32,000 nucleotides of DNA from contig NZ_LN831039.1 of assembly GCF_001457595.1 (NCBI RefSeq), forward strand, positions 5,340,001 through 5,372,000. Direction: 5' to 3'. This stretch comes from Mycolicibacterium smegmatis. Lineage in GTDB: Bacteria; Actinomycetota; Actinomycetes; Mycobacteriales; Mycobacteriaceae. Under the pieces are notes generated by a model that worked only from the letters and a program-made list of their open reading frames with translations, was not told the DNA's origin and made no database searches. Below, in pieces: positions 30,933-32,000 of the stretch. Made by a program: the position numbers and the translations under genes. The first letter of the stretch is position 1. Every line of letters begins with the position of its first letter.

Positions 30933-32000
30933 CTAGTGCCGGTAACCGCCCTCGGACAGGAACCCCAGCAGGTCGTGCCTGGTCAGCACACCGACGGGCT
31001 TGCCGTCCTCGACCACCATCACGGCGTCGGATTCACGAAGGGTCTTGGCGGCCGTGCTGACCAGTTCACCGGCGCCGATCAGCGGCAGCGGCGGGCTCAT
31101 GTGCTCGGCGACCGCGTCGGCCAGCTTGGCGCGGCCCTCGAACACCGCCGAGAGCAGTTCGCGCTCGGAGACGCTGCCTGCCACCTCGCCTGCCATCACG
31201 GGCGGCTCCGCGCCGACGACGGGCATCTGGGAGACGCCGTACTCGCGCAGGATCCCGATCGCGTCGCGCACGGTTTCCGACGGATGCGTGTGCACCAGGT
31301 CGGGCAGTGCACCCGACTTGCCGCGCAACACGTCACCGACGGTCTTCTCGACGCTGCCGTCGAGGCGGGTGCGCAGGAAACCGTAGGACGACATCCACGC
31401 GTCGTTGAAAATCTTTGACAGATAACCACGTCCACCGTCGGGCAGCAGCACCACGACCACGGCGTCGGGCCCGGCCTTGCGGGCCACCTCGATGGCGGCG
31501 ACGACGGCCATGCCGCACGATCCGCCGACCAGCAGGGCCTCTTCACGTGCGAGTCGCCGGGTCATCTCGAACGAGTCGGCGTCGGACACCGCGATGATCT
31601 CGTCGGGGACCGAAGGATCGTAGGCCGTGGGCCAGAAGTCCTCGCCGACACCTTCGACGAGGTAGGGCCGGCCCGTGCCGCCCGAGTACACCGAGCCCTC
31701 GGGATCGGCGCCGATGACCTTGACCTTGCCGCCCGAGACCTCCTTGAGGTAGCGGCCGGTGCCGGTGATGGTCCCGCCGGTGCCCACACCCGCGACGAAG
31801 TGTGTGATCTTGCCTTCGGTGTCGGCCCAGATCTCGGGGCCGGTGGTCTCATAGTGGCTCTCCGGGCCCATCTGGTTGGAGTACTGGTCGGGCTTCCAGG
31901 CGCCCTCGATCTCGGTGACCAGGCGGTTGGAGACGCTGTAGTAGCTGTCCGGATGGTCCGGCGGAACCGCCGTCGGGCACACCACGACCTCGGCGCCGTA
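30933..32000 (-). CDS. cbs: Cystathionine beta-synthase (PLP domain plus tandem CBS domains), N-terminal part beyond window
   Basis: VVCPTAVPPD...GSCGMAVVAA...and the C-terminal CBS pair are near-identical to Rv1077. The frame is open to base 32000. Stop TAG at 30933-30935. Confidence 0.93.
   Translation of the reverse strand, partial: YGAEVVVCPTAVPPDHPDSYYSVSNRLVTEIEGAWKPDQYSNQMGPESHYETTGPEIWADTEGKITHFVAGVGTGGTITGTGRYLKEVSGGKVKVIGADPEGSVYSGGTGRPYLVEGVGEDFWPTAYDPSVPDEIIAVSDADSFEMTRRLAREEALLVGGSCGMAVVAAIEVARKAGPDAVVVVLLPDGGRGYLSKIFNDAWMSSYGFLRTRLDGSVEKTVGDVLRGKSGALPDLVHTHPSETVRDAIGILREYGVSQMPVVGAEPPVMAGEVAGSVSERELLSAVFEGRAKLADAVAEHMSPPLPLIGAGELVSTAAKTLRESDAVMVVEDGKPVGVLTRHDLLGFLSEGGYRH

Overview
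High-GC actinobacterial chromosome, almost certainly a fast-growing Mycobacterium/Mycolicibacterium. From memory, gene content and order match the M. smegmatis region around devR/devS, and the backbone is syntenic with M. tuberculosis Rv1099c..Rv1077. I support 31 protein-coding genes plus one candidate small ORF. No rRNA, tRNA, CRISPR array, transposase or integrase is visible. Backbone genes: glpX (5' truncated), fumC, phoH2, desA2, glyA, coaA, a Z-prenyl diphosphate synthase, hemolysin-III, the mca/Rv1083/Rv1084-like operon, greA, metB, pra and cbs (5' part beyond the window). Three blocks look accessory. (1) A six-gene DosR/DevRS dormancy island on the minus strand (2439-8671): Acg-type nitroreductase, tandem USP, devR, a PPOX/Fsq-like flavin binder, a WS/DGAT triacylglycerol synthase and devS. 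It carries two closely related DosR-box-like palindromes. (2) A 48-codon ORF overlapping the phoH2 start, a phoAT-like antitoxin candidate. (3) An uncharacterised minus-strand block (15033-19042): a polytopic membrane protein with a soluble C-terminal domain, twin 135-aa four-TM paralogues and a class-B-like flavoprotein monooxygenase. The most notable DNA-level signals are: a TANNNT hexamer 7-8 nt upstream of six start codons (leaderless-promoter geometry); a 12-bp tandem repeat in the glyA upstream region; three tandem 10-bp Shine-Dalgarno-like repeats; a 17-bp inverted repeat with an alternative pairing partner between convergent genes; a hairpin-rich 200-nt region upstream of greA; and an in-frame 30-bp x3 repeat in a proline-rich membrane protein gene. 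All functional calls rest on remembered family motifs and homologues; no searches were run.
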